The notes under the pieces: model-generated
Seen by the model: only the letters and a program-made list of their open reading frames with translations
The model's database searches: none
Told to the model about the DNA's origin: nothing
Program-made: the position numbers and the translations under genes
Shown: positions 13,596-28,500 of the stretch, one piece after another
How the letters are laid out: each line of letters opens with the position of its first letter
How positions within the stretch are numbered: position 1 is the first letter of the stretch
From: Bugula neritina
Lineage: Eukaryota > Animalia > Bryozoa
Direction of reading: 5' to 3'
DNA length: 64,000 bases
Assembly: GCA_964035545.1 (NCBI GenBank)
Contig: OZ037771.1
Coordinates: forward strand, 1,561,628-1,625,627

Positions 13596-16500
13596 TGAAA
13601 CTACTAGTTAGGAACTACCACTGCACTATACTTACACGCTAGCCTATCATAAACACACACCACGATCTCTACCCTTTAACCACTAGCAGAGTAGATCTGC
13701 AGAACTGATTGATGAGATGACAGCCAGGACTAATTTACATGCTGATACTCCACTGACAAGCTGACCACACTACTAAATTAATTAATAGTTACAAAAATAA
13801 ACCCGGAGAGTCAAACTAATCCACGCTGGAAGCAACTCATCTTCCCAGTTCTAAAGATAGTACTTCACCTAGCAAGATAGAAGTTGCTAGAACATTGCTA
13901 CCTGTTGCCCTCAACAATGAGCTCTGTTAAATGTTGGGACTTGTTTTTGTTTCTTACACAGCAAAGATGCTGTTTCTTGTGTAGCCTAGGTTCAAAATTG
14001 TTAATTTAAAGTTTGGGTTTAAAACAGAGTCTATTGAAACCTCAAGTAGTCATCTTATTTGAAAATCATAAGCAAGAACTGTGATGTTATTCTGTACTAG
14101 CTTAGTCAGACTACACTGGCATCTCCTCAGTCAAGACGTCAGTGAGGTGTTTTACAGGTGTCAGTCAGGTGTGAGCTAAGTGAATGCTGTTCACAAATGT
14201 GACATAAACATCAAAATCCGGCAAATAATCAAATAATAAAAAGGCCAACTCATCAATTCACAGGTGAAACAAATAGGCAACTAAGTGATGGTAGACAATC
14301 TGTGTTTAGTGTATGTGAACTATTGGAACATGTGTCGCTATGATAAGGTACAAGAGACTGAGCTAAGGAATAGTTGGCTAGATAAGAATATGTAAACAAA
14401 TGTTGGACCCTCGACAACAGCAATTAAACCTATTAAACGATAAAAATAAAAGCTAGCAGAGATAAGAAAGGAATGCAATTTCTATGCTTGAACCCAAGTG
14501 GGAAGGTACAGCATAGCATTGAACTATAACTTCATTGCTGTATAGCAGCTGAGAAAATGTAGAGCAATAAACCAAAGGCAGTTGATTAACAAGCTTTTAC
14601 AGCTCTTAGTCGTGATAATAAACAAAAACGTTCATTTTCATGATTTGCATATATTGAAATAAAACTTATTATTACAGCAGCAGTTGATGATTTTATTTTT
14701 TACATCTACATAAAACATCTAACTTTCCCTTCCGAACATAATTTTTATATTTTTTACATGCAGACTGCTAATGAGATAAACAATTATGATAGATCCCCAG
14801 TCACCCTATTATTTCCTACTAATCTTCTAACAAACGGATTAAACATACTGAGGCCTAATTAATTCCCCTAATCCCAAGTGGCAGTAAATTAACTACAAGT
14901 AAAGAGATTAATATACCTTACATAATAGAATGAGCACCTGCTGTGGTGAAGGAATAGCCTAGCCTTTTAAATACTGGTGGTAATAGTAGCAGACTAAGGT
15001 GAGAATTTGCATCAACCAGTTCATCACACCAATAACTGAGTGCATTTCTATTATCACAAGGCTAAGGGACTAGACGGAAGGATTTACTGTAATACATAGG
15101 CATCGCAGTTGGTGCAATACCAGGGTTTAGCACAGCCAATGAAAATTCTGGTGTTATTTACTGCGCATCATCAGCTGAAATTTAACTTTATGACTAATTT
15201 TATGTGTTGGAGAATTATGTTGAGGGTAAAATGTGTCGGTTTAAAAATTTCAATACCATTTCAAACATTTTAGGAACAGAAACTTCATTTCTCACCCCAC
15301 TACCAGTGAACATATCCTTGAAGGTTTCACATCTGCTAGGAACACCTTCAGTATACAGCTTCAATGTGCCTCATTGATCTTTCATGATGTAAGAATAATT
15401 ACAATACTCCTAGGAGAAGGCTACATTCCTTGAAGAGGTTTCCAGCAAGAATAGAGTTTACAACAAATGAGCAACTATCAGAGCACAGGTAGATTTGCTG
15501 CCAATATTTTATTGCAAAACAAGCTGTTGACTTGACCCAGTGTTTGGTTTGAAAGGTTCAAGGTTATTTTTAATATTACACAAACTCCATAGCAAAAATA
15601 TTTTACCATGATGGAAATAAACACTTTTGAACCACACTAGCAACCAAAATGACTCCAAAATAAGTAAATTCAAATTAAAACTTCTCCGTTACCCACAAGT
15701 CTAATAATCTTGTCAAAAATCCTCTTAGCATCTCAATCTCGTAATAACAATTTGTAGGTAATTTAATGTTCAAGTAATTTTTATTATTGAATATTTTAAA
15801 AGCCACTAGTAGGGTGTCATCCTAGTTAGACGCTATTTATTTATTTTGGTACAATATATATTCTAGGTGCAATTTAATTTAATATTATAGAATTATATGT
15901 ATATGTTCTCCTGACTGTAAGCTTCAATTCTGGGGTTTACATTCTACTACACTGTTGAACAGCTTGGCAAAACATCTTTATATTGCTATTTAAGTATCTG
16001 AGGTGTGCCAAAGTGTTAATTTGCACCAAGGTTAGAGAACAAGAGCAGTGCACAAAATGAATAGTCATTTGGGTGCGTTAACAAAGAGCAAATCTTGTAT
16101 CATGAATCATTGTGAATAGGATTAGTTTATCTACAAGCTACAAAGTAGAGAAAAGAGAAAATTGAAAACTGCTAGCGTACAATGCTTTCTTTTCCCTTCA
16201 CAAATATTTGCTCACAGCGAATAGTTGAGTGACACAGTAATCAATTATTTTCATCACATAACTGTCACAGTCCAATTCATAAAAGTCATCATGTTTTCAT
16301 AACTATTTTACCATGATGCAGTTCAACAACTCTTAAGAGAAGACAAGCATACAAGATGCTTTTCCCATTAAAACGACAATAATTTTCAGTACTTTAAATT
16401 GTCAAAAACTCTTGGATATTTTTCTAGAATTTTCCATTTGCAAGTGGAGATAATTTTTCTAGCTATTATTGCATTAGAGCCATAGAGTGTATCATAAACT

Positions 16501-16989
16501 AGAGCAACTAAAATATCAAACTTCAAGCATATAAGTATTGGTGAATAGCCTGCAACTGTTCCGAATCAATTTCTGGATCAGTAGATGGTCATCGGTTGAG
16601 CCAACTGCACCTACCTCAAATTGAAACTGAATTTACTAAATATAAATATGCCTAATTTGAATTTCAAGCAATCAATACTTAATGAAAAATCAGCCTGTGT
16701 ACATGCATTATACTCACAATTGAAGTAATGCCAACTCTGATGTAACACCACTAAGAGACACAAAGTGAAAGTAAAACTTAGACGAAATCAGTAAAATTAA
16801 ATCTGCAATTCAAATTGATATTGTAAATCAAAATACAAAGCTTTTTTATTTCATGTAAAATTCATTTAACTGTTACAAACCTAGTTTCACTCTGTTTCTA
16901 GTCACAAAGCACTAAGCACTGTGCAGTGTGTAAACTCAAATTGTAATGATCAAGAGAGTGAGAAATAAATCTAATAGTTATCTGATAGC

Positions 16990-17450
16990 AATCATAATGA
17001 TGATGATATTATTATTATTATTATAATATTCTATTAAACTTAATAATAATAGAAATAGAAGTAGATCAAAACTCATAGTCATACTGATACTGATAGTCAT
17101 AGTGTGAGTGTCTGATACGGGTAGTCTTACTCTTAGTCTTAGTCTAATACTAATACAAAAATACTAATACAGTAATAGTAATAGTAATACATACTGATAA
17201 CCAATATCATAGTCAACCTCGAAGTTAATGTTACAGTCATACTGATACTCATAGTCACACTGTCATAGGGCTATGACTGTTAGTCAGTTACTGTTAGTGT
17301 TACACTTACTGACTTAGTCTTACTGTTACACTAACACTTACACTTACAGTTAGTGTTACTGTTACTGTTAGCGTTATGCTAATTACATTTGCAAATTTTT
17401 AATAATTATGATGTAATAAACTTCAACTTACACTCTGCTACCATAGAATA
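16990..17450. repeat. Drifting 6-bp-periodic low-complexity patch A
   Basis: ACTCAT AGTCAT ACTGAT ACTGAT AGTCAT ... CTTACA CTTACA GTTAGT GTTACT GTTACT. Confidence 0.8.
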
Positions 17451-19727
17451 TGAATACCAATGTGCTTCTGCACTAAGCAATACGCTACTAAAATAAGTTG
17501 GTACTCAAGAAATAATTTTAATCATCATCATGCAGTGAGCTAATCTCCTATTCGACAAGCATCAATCATGGGCAATAGAAGTATTTTACTTTTAACCTTA
17601 GACACCAAACAACTTATCAAATAATAAGGGGCGACTGCCGTACGTCGTTCACGCAATTAACCAACCACGAAAGAAGAAAGAAGTAGTGGTGGAACCAGAA
17701 ATTAAAATCGGGGTACCAGAAAATATCTGCATTACTTTATATACTTTACTTTCAAATAATAGAATTTCTAAATACATGTGTTTTATACATAATACAATGC
17801 ATCTTTAACAAATCAACATATACTGCAACTTTGATTTATAAATTTTGAAACTGATGAATATAATACACATCCCACAACTTTATATTAAAGCAATTTGGAA
17901 TTTAAAAAGGTTACCCGTAGATACCAACTAAATTAGATAAATGTTGCCAACAATAAATTACATGCAATATGTTCTGCTAAAACTCTACAAAAGCTAGTTG
18001 TTTTATGTATGCTTGGTGAGCAATTTCAGCATGTCATAGATGTAGCATTTCATCAAAAGCTTCTGTTTTAATAGATGTTTATTAGAATTATATATTAAAA
18101 TATTGATTAACATGATCTTAAATATCTCTTTAAAAAACAGTTCTCTATGGAATAACTCATTCATAGCGTTTATAACCCCCTTCTTTTATGACTACCTACA
18201 TCCCTTTTATCCCTCTAAACAACGTTTAAAAATTTCAGGTCCAGCGAGTCAATTATGTCTGTCAGTGTATCATGATTATTTGCTTGAACACAAATTATTG
18301 AAAAGACAACTCCATAATCAAATAGACGGACACGTTTGCTAGAGATAATTAATGAATGTTCCAACACAGTATAATAACATTTATATTTGGACCAATAAAT
18401 CTTCAGTCATGATTTCAAATTTTATACATAAGGCTCAAGGCTACGTGGACTAGCAATGATGCATCTCACCACCTTTAGTAACTCTGAATAAATAGTCATA
18501 TATGCATACATACATACATATGTAGAAGTTATTATTTCTCACAATGAATTTGTTGCCTTTATAAGTTGAATTATTACATAAATTTGAGCAATAAAATAGA
18601 TAATTAAATTATAGTTCTTGGCTTATAACATCTTTCCAGTTCTTTTAATTGCAGAAACAATTTAAGCTCAAAAATTAGCTTTAAACACCATTAATTACAA
18701 CATATTGCAATAAATAAGAGCTTTTTCCACTTCCATGACTCAACACAACATTATGAACTCCAATAAATGTATTAGTTTAGATAATCTACAAATCCTATAA
18801 TAAAATATGTTATGGCTCAGCGAGTTAAAGGCACTAAATTCACTCTAATATTCTGTAGGACCTTTTAGGTCTATAGCAAGAAACTTTAAAATCAATCACA
18901 AGCCATTGTTTCTTAGATATTTATTGATATTTCAACAGAACATATTTGTTATACTAGTTTAGTTTACAAAAGCATTGTACCAAAAATTAACATGGCCCAG
19001 CCCTTCTGCATGTAGCTAGTACGCTTTATATGTATAGTACAACATTATGATTGTTTAAGCATAGTAACAATCAGTCAAGGCACCTATGAACAAATATAAA
19101 ACTTATAGCAAGTTGTGATTCTACTGTTTTCACGCTCCCACTTTCTCTATTATGCATATTTAATTGATTTTATAATAAGCTATCACGAATTTTCAATTAG
19201 ATAATGCATATTTGTTAAGTCCTGCCATGGCATGTAAATGTTACAAAGAATTGGCTAGTTCAGGAAGGTCACTTTTCTAGCTCACAATATTTTTGTGTAT
19301 AAATAATTATCAATTGAGTGTTTTTATTAATTATAAATAAATCTATGTTATTATGGTAGATGGGAACACAGCCTATATGGTGGCTTTTAGTATTAGCTAT
19401 CATTTACACTTTACTTTAAATAATTGGGCTCAATTTTATTTAATTATTTTGCAATTTGGAAATGGAAGATATTTCAATGTGATGTAATTGATTTCGAAAT
19501 ACATGCTTTGGCGCTGATTGCTATGCCCAAGAATTTAGCTCCAATTACAATCAATTTAAAATATTATATATTACAAAAAGACCATTACTACTTCACTTAA
19601 GCTGGTTTTTGTCATGCTATCCATTTTGATTTGTTCAAGGAAACAAATAATACCAGGTGATACTTTGAGCTCTTCATCAGACAAGTAGATCTTACCCACC
19701 AGGCACTGTAATCATTTAAAATCAAAG

Positions 19728-19872
19728 TGATGACATGATGAAATGAAGACATGTTGATATGTTGAAATAAAGACATGATGACATGTTGAAATAATGATAT
19801 GAAGATATAAAGACATGATGATATGAAGATATAAAGACGTGATGATATGAATATATAAAGACATATATGATG
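19728..19872. repeat. Degenerate repeat of about 22-25 bp (GATATGAAGATATAAAGACATGAT-like)
   Basis: Recurrent AAGACATG and GATATGAA motifs. Confidence 0.75.
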
Positions 19873-21162
19873 CATCAACGCTAGTATAGCAGAAACTGTG
19901 TCTATTAATATCATGCAATTTCCATAATTAATATTTAATTTTTCACTCAATAAATTAATGTGACAGAACTAAATCCATACTTATAGTGCAACGTAATCAA
20001 TAATCAATTTGTTTTTGTACTAGCTTTCACATCAAAAGTTAATTCATATAAACTTCTATATATGCACTATGTAACAGCTATACACTTTGGTTTTGCATTA
20101 AATTGTAGCCCAGTTATAATAATTTTATTGAACAAATTTTGAACTGATGGAAGGGGTAACTTTTTTTTAGTCTTTAGCAATTGCATTACAGATCAAAGCT
20201 TGCTAAATCAAAATATTTTCATTTTTGTTTTGAGATAGGTAGGGAAGATAAATTTAAAGGTAGAGAAGATGAATTAAAAATTTTTGGCTGGTGTAAGCTA
20301 AAAATTAGCAATCCTTACCTACAGACTGTATTTATTTAGCATTTTATTTTAGCATGAAAAACCTTATAACTAAACAGACGCTGTTGCAGATGAAATCATC
20401 GGGATTGCAATTAATGGTGTCAGGTTATAAAACTGCAAACTTGTAGGTGTGAAATATGGAAATACATTTTGACACATGTTATTTCTGTTAGAATTAAGCT
20501 AATATGGCTGGCATTTGATTACTTGGTTTTATAATGAAAGTGGTTAAAAGAATGTTGCAAATGGTGTCATCCCAGATAGACGCTTCCCACGTGGACGTGG
20601 ACGCTTTCCAGTTATTTATTTGTTTATTTATTTGTTTTGTCACCAAAAGTCAGTTGTTTCATTGGAATTTATATTTGATTATGATTATTATGTTCTGCAG
20701 ATGCATTCCATGGTAGGAAGGACAACTTCTATTGCAACATTACAAAAACCCAATTTAAAGTTTAAACTTGAAGGAAGGTTTTGATTTGGCAAACATGTTG
20801 GGCAAGTTAGAGGAAGCACAACTTTCAGCTAGACAGTGTGGAATGTGACATCTTACATATGCTGCTGTAGCAGAGTCACAAGCTGTGGCAAGCACACCTT
20901 GTACGGTCACCATGAGTTTTTCAGCTTTCTTAACTGAGCTGCACTATAGTTTACATCTAGCTTTTGAAAAGAATACACTTTATGCAATTCAGTTGAACGT
21001 GAAATATTACACAAACTCGTAAATAAACACACAATTACTATGAGCTGCTTAAATTAGCATTATGGAAATCTTATTAGCCCTCCTTTCTTATGCTAATGCG
21101 TGAATGACATGTGGCTGAAGTAAATTATCGAGGAATTTATTAATTTTATTTCTGCCGCATGC

Positions 21163-21702
21163 ATGCTACAGTTTCACAGTATTTGCTACAGTTTTACAGT
21201 ATATGCTACACTTTCACAGTATATGCTACAGTTTTACAGTATATGCTACAGTTTCGCAGTATATGCTACAGTTTCACAGTATATGCTACAGTTTTACAGT
21301 ATATGCTACAGTTTCGCAGTATATGCTACAGTTCTACAGTATATGCTACAGTTTTACAGTATGTGCTACAGTTTTACAGTATATGCTACAGTTTCACAGT
21401 ATATGCTACAGTTTCACAGTATATGCTACAGTTTTACAGTATATGCTACAGTTTCACAGTATATGCTACAGTTTTACAGTATATGCTACAGTTTTACAGT
21501 ATATGCTACAGTTTCACAGTATATGCTACATTTTTACAGTATATGCTACAGTTTCACAGTATATGCTACAGTTTCACAGTATATGCTACAGTTTTACAGT
21601 ATATGCTACAGTTTCACAGTATATGCTACAGTTTTACAGTATATGCTACAGTTTTACAGTATATGCTACAGTTTTACAGTATATGCTACAGTTTTACAGT
21701 AC
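21163..21702. repeat. Minisatellite, 20-bp unit ATATGCTACAGTTT(T/C)ACAGT, about 27 copies
   Basis: Direct tandem periodicity; explains three overlapping spurious ORFs. Confidence 0.97.
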
Positions 21703-22475
21703 ACTATGGTTTTACGGCTTCACAAGCAAAGCTTTCAATTATCGGGCACATAGTATGCTATTTGAAGACACTCTCGAACAGCCCAGACTGATGAACTAGA
21801 AAAGTATACCCCCACTAGACACCAAAGCAATACCTCATTAATAACCTCTGAATATAATTATCTTCACATTCATTGGTGTTAGTCATTTTAATTAACTTTG
21901 GGAAACAAGCCCATAGGAAGTTTTTGTACATATTAGTTGTTTTTCATTCCTTTTTACAATTTGTACTTTCAGCCATGCGTCAGTACAAGCGGCTTATTCA
22001 TATCTAATCATTAAAAACATATAACCGTGCACTATTTTATTGACGATTTAGTAACGCCTCTTATCCACCTTCACAGCAAGAGAAATCCTTACACCAAAAC
22101 ATGGCTGGAATAATATATATTTGTTGCACAAATCTGTAGTAAAAAATTTTTTCTTTGAATAATGCTTCATGTTCCAAATTTAAAACTTCACACAATCATA
22201 AAGGCCAAAAAATTGGACAAAACTTTGGCATCTTCAAAACATCCCTTTTTTAAAAAAAGTACTTTTTCTCTGTGGGAAATATAATTTCAAGTTCATAAAT
22301 TATCATGAATATTTTTTAAAAAGTTTCATTTTAACTTCCCAGTGCCCAATGTTAAGCACAGTTGGTGAATTTACCTCCAAGCAACGAGCATTGTCTTGAG
22401 ACTCAAATCATAACTATATATATACAGAATGTTCAGCAGTTGAAGGGTAGATTGAAGAAGTTGCGTGTCTGCTGC

Positions 22476-22724
22476 AGTAGAGTGCAGACGGACCAATTAT
22501 ATCTGCTGTATCTATTAGTAGAATGCAGATGGACCAATTATATCTGCTGTATCTATCAATAGAATGTAGATGGACCAATTATATATGCTGTATCTATTAG
22601 TAAAATGCAGACGGACCAATTATATCTGCTGTATCTATCAATAGAATGTAGATGGACCAATTATATATGCTGTATCTATCAGTAGAATGCAGATGGACCA
22701 ATTATATCTGCTGTATCTATCAAT
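22476..22724. repeat. Minisatellite, 41-bp unit AGTAGAATGCAGATGGACCAATTATATCTGCTGTATCTATT, about 6 copies
   Basis: Units start at 22476, 22517 and onward. Confidence 0.93.
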
Positions 22725-25107
22725 ACTATATGAATATGCTTACTGAAAATTAATTACAATATCATTTATGGGAATAATCATATTTGTGGTTTCTTAGCAC
22801 TTTAGTGCATCAATAGCTCAGTTAATTACAAGGACTTTTAAAGCAAATAAGATCTTCAAATAATGTAATATATATTTTTAAGCCTTGGCATTAAATTTTT
22901 TATTGACTGCGTTATAAAGAGTGCAGTTAAACAAAGCATATTGCAAGACCCACTTGGTCCAGTCTGCATTCTTTACAGCTATTCAGTTTAATTAACTTTT
23001 ACACAAAAGAGTTATAAGAAAATATTATGCTATTTGCAGTATAATTTTCAGTCTATTAGCTATATTTTAGCCAATGCAAAGTATAACTGTTCAAAGTGTT
23101 ATGAATCACTAGCACCACTTTGACTGAGACTACGGTATTCATTTTAGACTTCGTATTGTGTGCCAATACATTGTTATTGTAATTTTAGTAATGCAAACAG
23201 CTAAGTATTAGGCATATTTGCTATTACTAATGGCTCTTGCTATGTTTTGATATTCTTACTTGACGGTATTATACAAAGCTATATAATATAGCTAAGATGA
23301 GAGAGGGGAAGGAGATGATGGAATTTCAAGGGCCCCTCGGCTATAAGGAGAGATTATGACAATACTATTAGTTATAACCACCCAGGAGTGAGCTTTACAA
23401 ACAAGAAAGTAGAAAATTTATGTATTCTGTGGTCATGTTATGTGCAATATGCACTATTGAATAAAATGTTTCCATATCTTTAGCAGTGTCTGTGCATGTA
23501 GTATAATAATAATATATCCGTAGCTGTTTATACCGAAATTTCACTTGTATAATGTATAATAATTGTTTGAAACTAAATAATTAATGATATAATATTATAA
23601 TTTAAACTCTAACTTGATAAAATATTCTTACAACTACTCCTAAAACTAATTATGCCCTGTACTACTCTGAGGGTATATATTTCAATGCTCTGTACATGAT
23701 GTTCATATAATAATCTTCAGTTGAATAATATTGTCAAGGTATTTGAAATTGGTGCGGTTTAGGAAAGGTAAAAATTTGGTACTTTTGAAAAAAAAACAGC
23801 TATAGGATGGCCCGAAGCTGGTTGGGCACTCCTATTAAAAAGAAAAAATTTTGAGTCATATTTAAGGACCTTTTAATTTATTCAAAGTATGCGCCATCTA
23901 TACTTAAGCCATGCTCCAGGAGCGTTTAAGGCATACTTAAAGTATACTCAAGGCATACTCAAGGCAAGTATGTGGATGTAAAAATTTATCTATGTCTTTT
24001 GAAGCAATCACATCCCAAGACTTGGTAGGTCACAGTGAATCAACTTTACCGCCAAAATGTTACAATATTTATTTCTTGCTTAAATAAAATACTGCTTTAT
24101 TTTCCAGGTAGGTCTATTAATTTTGCAAATTAGATATAAATTTTTCCCCACCTTTAATAACAGAATGCTAAGAGTTCATGACCAGTCATATAGTTAGTGA
24201 AAGTTGCAACGGTTTATCTTAACAACTTGATGCATTATTCTCACTCACACCATAAGTGCTATAGTTATAATGTCATGATTTCTAATGTTTGCAGAAAGTA
24301 TATATACTATGGAATTGCCTGATTATCCAGGTTTGATTGAAAATAGTTTTAAGTACTCTTTGTCTCATTTCCAGGTTTCCACATCTTAACTATGAAATAC
24401 ATTTGAAATAGTTTGAATTTTTTAATCATATAAATCTAATAGATTTAAAAGGCAATAATTTCTTCATTATTGACCCTAAGCTACACTAGGAAAATTACCT
24501 TTAATTAAAAGTTAACTAAATCTACAAATTATTAACATCATTAAAAGAGCTCCTTTTTTCACCTCCTACCCGCTACTTAAGAAATTGAGTGATAGGATTA
24601 AAAGCCAAGTACCACATTTCCTTGAGATTTTAAATATAAAACTTATTTGTTTAAACTTAACAGCAGTTTTAATCACTAGCTAAGCAAAAAAACACAGTGG
24701 AGTTATCTTCTTTTTAAACCAAAAAGCGGAGACTGCAGTGTAATACCAAAACCTCGCTGTTCAATGCAAATTTACAAATTATGAAGTATAACAGTAGGAG
24801 TTGTCTTCTTAGTTGAGCCGCACACACATGATATGGAATAAGAAATCTCAGTGTTACTATAATAGCTTTTATAATAAATTAAGAGCTAGCTGCTATGCAT
24901 TAAAAAGGGGATTGTGATTTCCGTAGACCAATGTGCAAAAGAGTTTGTCTACATATTATATGTAGACATTTTAACTACACACACATAAATAGTTGGTAAG
25001 TTGACATGACATTGCTTGTGATGTATGCTGAATATCTTGCTATTATTGGAGTTATTCTCTCTACCCAGTTAGCCACTAATGTGCTACAACAAATAAACAA
25101 GCCTCAC

Positions 25108-25503
25108 CTGGGCTCAGATATGGGGCCTCTTCTCTCGGACTCAACTCTTCTCAGCAAAGCCATATCCTCAATTTCACTACTAAAACGCTGAACAGTACTA
25201 CTCTTTTGTGTAGGAGATAAGTAATTACTTGTGAGCGCCTTTGAGGATTCACTTTCACTGAGGACACATTCCAGAGATCTGCTAGAGTACTTGTTGAACA
25301 GAGTTTTCGTTTTTCGGCTGAGTTTTTGTTTTAGTGACTGGCCAGCAGTGTTTAGCGATTTTAAGCTGTTGGAGTGAAATCTGGAGTAGAAAGAGTTGTC
25401 GGACCTCTCCTGGGGTTGATCGGAATACTTTGTGTGAGCAGGTGAAGGGCTTACGTCATACTCTGTTGACACCAACTCTTCATTCGACCTCCCAAAACCA
25501 GTT
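25108..25503 (-). CDS. Probable upstream exon of the same large minus-strand gene (Ser-rich, 132 codons, phase 2-2)
   Basis: ttttag acceptor at 25504-25505 and AG|gtgagg donor at 25107. The frame is open (TGFGRSNEELVS...MALLRRVESERRGPISEP) and its composition resembles the downstream exons, with RRVES in both. Linkage to the 8.1-kb exon is inferred. Confidence 0.5.
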
Positions 25504-28500
25504 CTAAAAGTTAAATGAAAAATAAAATATATATTGTATTTGTAGCGCTGCTTTCCCAATGTAAACACAAAGTGTTTAATGTTCATATAAGTTGAAATGA
25601 AATTCCAAATTTGACATAAAAACAATCATGCATGTACTCCTGGCAACCAATATGCACAGATAGCAATCTTGATGTATCTTGATAAAATAACAATAAATGT
25701 TAAATTTGAAAAGTTTATGCAATTAGACCAAGTATAATGATCCTAGGAATTGGATTGCATGCAAGCCATGCAGTTCACATGATCTATGCAGACCTCAACG
25801 ATATCTAGGATAAACTTGCAACTAAATTAAAGTATGATTAGCTATTAGGATGATTAGAAATCAATGAATGCAATCAGATATGCCGTTCAACTCTCTTAGC
25901 ATTAGTGCATTTGAATTTTTTATCAATTCCTAAGAGCATGTGCTCACAAGAAAATAGTACTAAGAATTCTTATTTGAATTCTAATACTTCAACACTCCTA
26001 CATTAAAATTACTCATAAATGCCTTTAAAAGCATAGAAGTATTGTCATAGACCACTTTGCCATGAAGTTAAGCCTAATATCTCTAAAAAGCTTTAAACAC
26101 ACATTCAATCAAAGTTGATATAAGAACATTCAATGCTGCAAGAAGAAGCTGGTCTAGAATGTCAGCTTACAAACTAACCCACATCACATATTAATACATC
26201 ATCTAAATCTAGACTCTCTCTTTGGAACTTAGCATAAAAATAAAGAGACCACAAATTGAGAAATATGAAACTACCAGAAATCACTGCAGGCAACAGATTT
26301 CAACTTATTTTCATTGAGCATAAAGTCTAGACTTAAAAACTGAAAAGTTAATAAAATTGTTCTCCTGGAAAGTTTAATTTTTAGCAGATTATTGCAAAAT
26401 GTTGCATGCTTGCGAACTCATTGTACGTTTCAACATAAAACTTGAGCAAATGAGTATGCTAAGCAGAATTAAGTTTTGTCCTATAAAACAAAATATTTGC
26501 ATGAATCATTAATTAGATATAAATAGTACATAAAGATAGAGCTTATAATTACTACGATAAGAAATTAGCTTCAGTTCATAAACTATTTTACCATTCATAA
26601 TCATAAAACCCATCTTATCTTGCATAGTATATACACAACCAGATATTAGCTTTGATCTTTGTCATAACTCTGTCTTCAAAGATAGAATCTAGTCCGCATA
26701 ATGCAACATTGCACAAACACAAATAAGACTTACCCAGGAATGACAAGCTAAAATCTAAGTTATGAGATCGACTTGTAGTCTAGAAGACTACAGTTACACA
26801 GAGAAATGTGCCGATGCGATGACTGCAGACGTTTACTGATAAATATCTGCCCGCAGTTGGGTGGTGAGGTGGAGTCATGAGTCACTGACTTATGTAAACA
26901 ACTACGACCCTTGTGAGACCGAAACAACAATACGAGTCAACAGAACGTCCCCACAGGTTTGCATACGCACAAAGTTGCTAGTACTCGAGATTAGAATACA
27001 ATACTTGAAGCCCTCTAACCTGTTACCTTCATGTACAAAAGCTCGTCAATGATATAGAAACAAGTTGGCCAGTGTCACATTTATCAAATAAATAGAGGTT
27101 ATTGGAACTGTGCTAATGAGCACTCATTACTGGTAAGATGATAAGACAATGAAATGTCACAAAGGGTGAACAAAGAGCGCCAGATAAACACCCTCTACGT
27201 AGTGGAGCATATTTAAGATGAAAGTATGGAGATATGTTGACTTTAAGACACGGATTGCGACCGCAGCCAGACAAAAAAGTACTCGTTTTGAGCTAAAAGC
27301 AAACATTGCTACAGAGTTGTTCTGATTTCAGTCGGTGTAGTATATTGAAGAAATCATAGAATTCTGTTAAAAATGAAGCTAATATTGTATGCAAATTGTT
27401 TTAACCAAATACCTACAGTCAGGCTTAACAAAGATATGAAACAAAGAAATGGGGACAGGAGTTACTCTGCATTACAGTGTAGAACAGTAAAAACAATGTG
27501 CGTGCAGTCAATATTATATATTATAAATTTATAATTATTGTATATTATATTACCCTATATTATATTATATGCTGTATTGTAATATGCTATATTATAATAT
27601 GCTATATTATTATATGACATTAATTTTGGCATTTTATACCTAATTATTACTAATTTTAATGCTACAGTTGAAATTTAAACATTTAAAAAACAATTTGTTT
27701 GAACAATAAGATTTGTTCATCTACTTTTTAAGTAAGGGACTTTTAAGACTAATTTACATAATTGACATAAGATAACAGCTGTAGTCTGGTTGAGTTATGC
27801 ATTATCAAGACGATAATTAGGTATTTCTATAGAAAGCTTGTGTTGTATTTGTAAATCATAACTCAATGTAAATATTATACTCTTAATAAAACGCTAATAA
27901 TAGCTTTCCATCTCTGAAGAATCTATGGATTGTTTACCCAACAACTACTGGAGGTATGCAAAGGCATTCTTTCTAGCTGATATAGAGGTTGAATCAATAA
28001 AAGCAATAAGAGATGCAATTGTTTGGCTTGTACCTTATAGCATCAGTATTATGCATTATTATATTACAGTTATGGTATATATTGGGATAATAGGATGGCT
28101 CTTGAACTCAAAGTCTATAACTAAGGCATTGATTTAGTTACGAGTGCTTTGTCAATAGTTGGTAACAACTTGTTTGCAAAGTCAATGGATTAATATAAGG
28201 CTATGCAATAATATACTCATTTACTGTAATAGACCTAACTTCTACATGAATAAAGTAATTTCTATAAACTCAATAGCAAAACATTTAGCCATACAATAGC
28301 TTACATTATAAAATAAAACAATAGAAGTAAATATTTGGCTAGTCAACTAAATCTCACAGCATCTACAAATCTTTAAAGCCAACAGCTAATCTTTTAGGCA
28401 CCAAATAAATTAAAATTGAATATTTTATTCTTACCGCAAAGGAGTACGCTAACTTAATACGTTCCCAAACACCCGACTAACCTACTGAGTCCACAGCTAG

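Noticed and set aside
21159-21799. Three overlapping ORFs of about 200 aa
   Set aside because: Artefact of the 20-bp tandem repeat.
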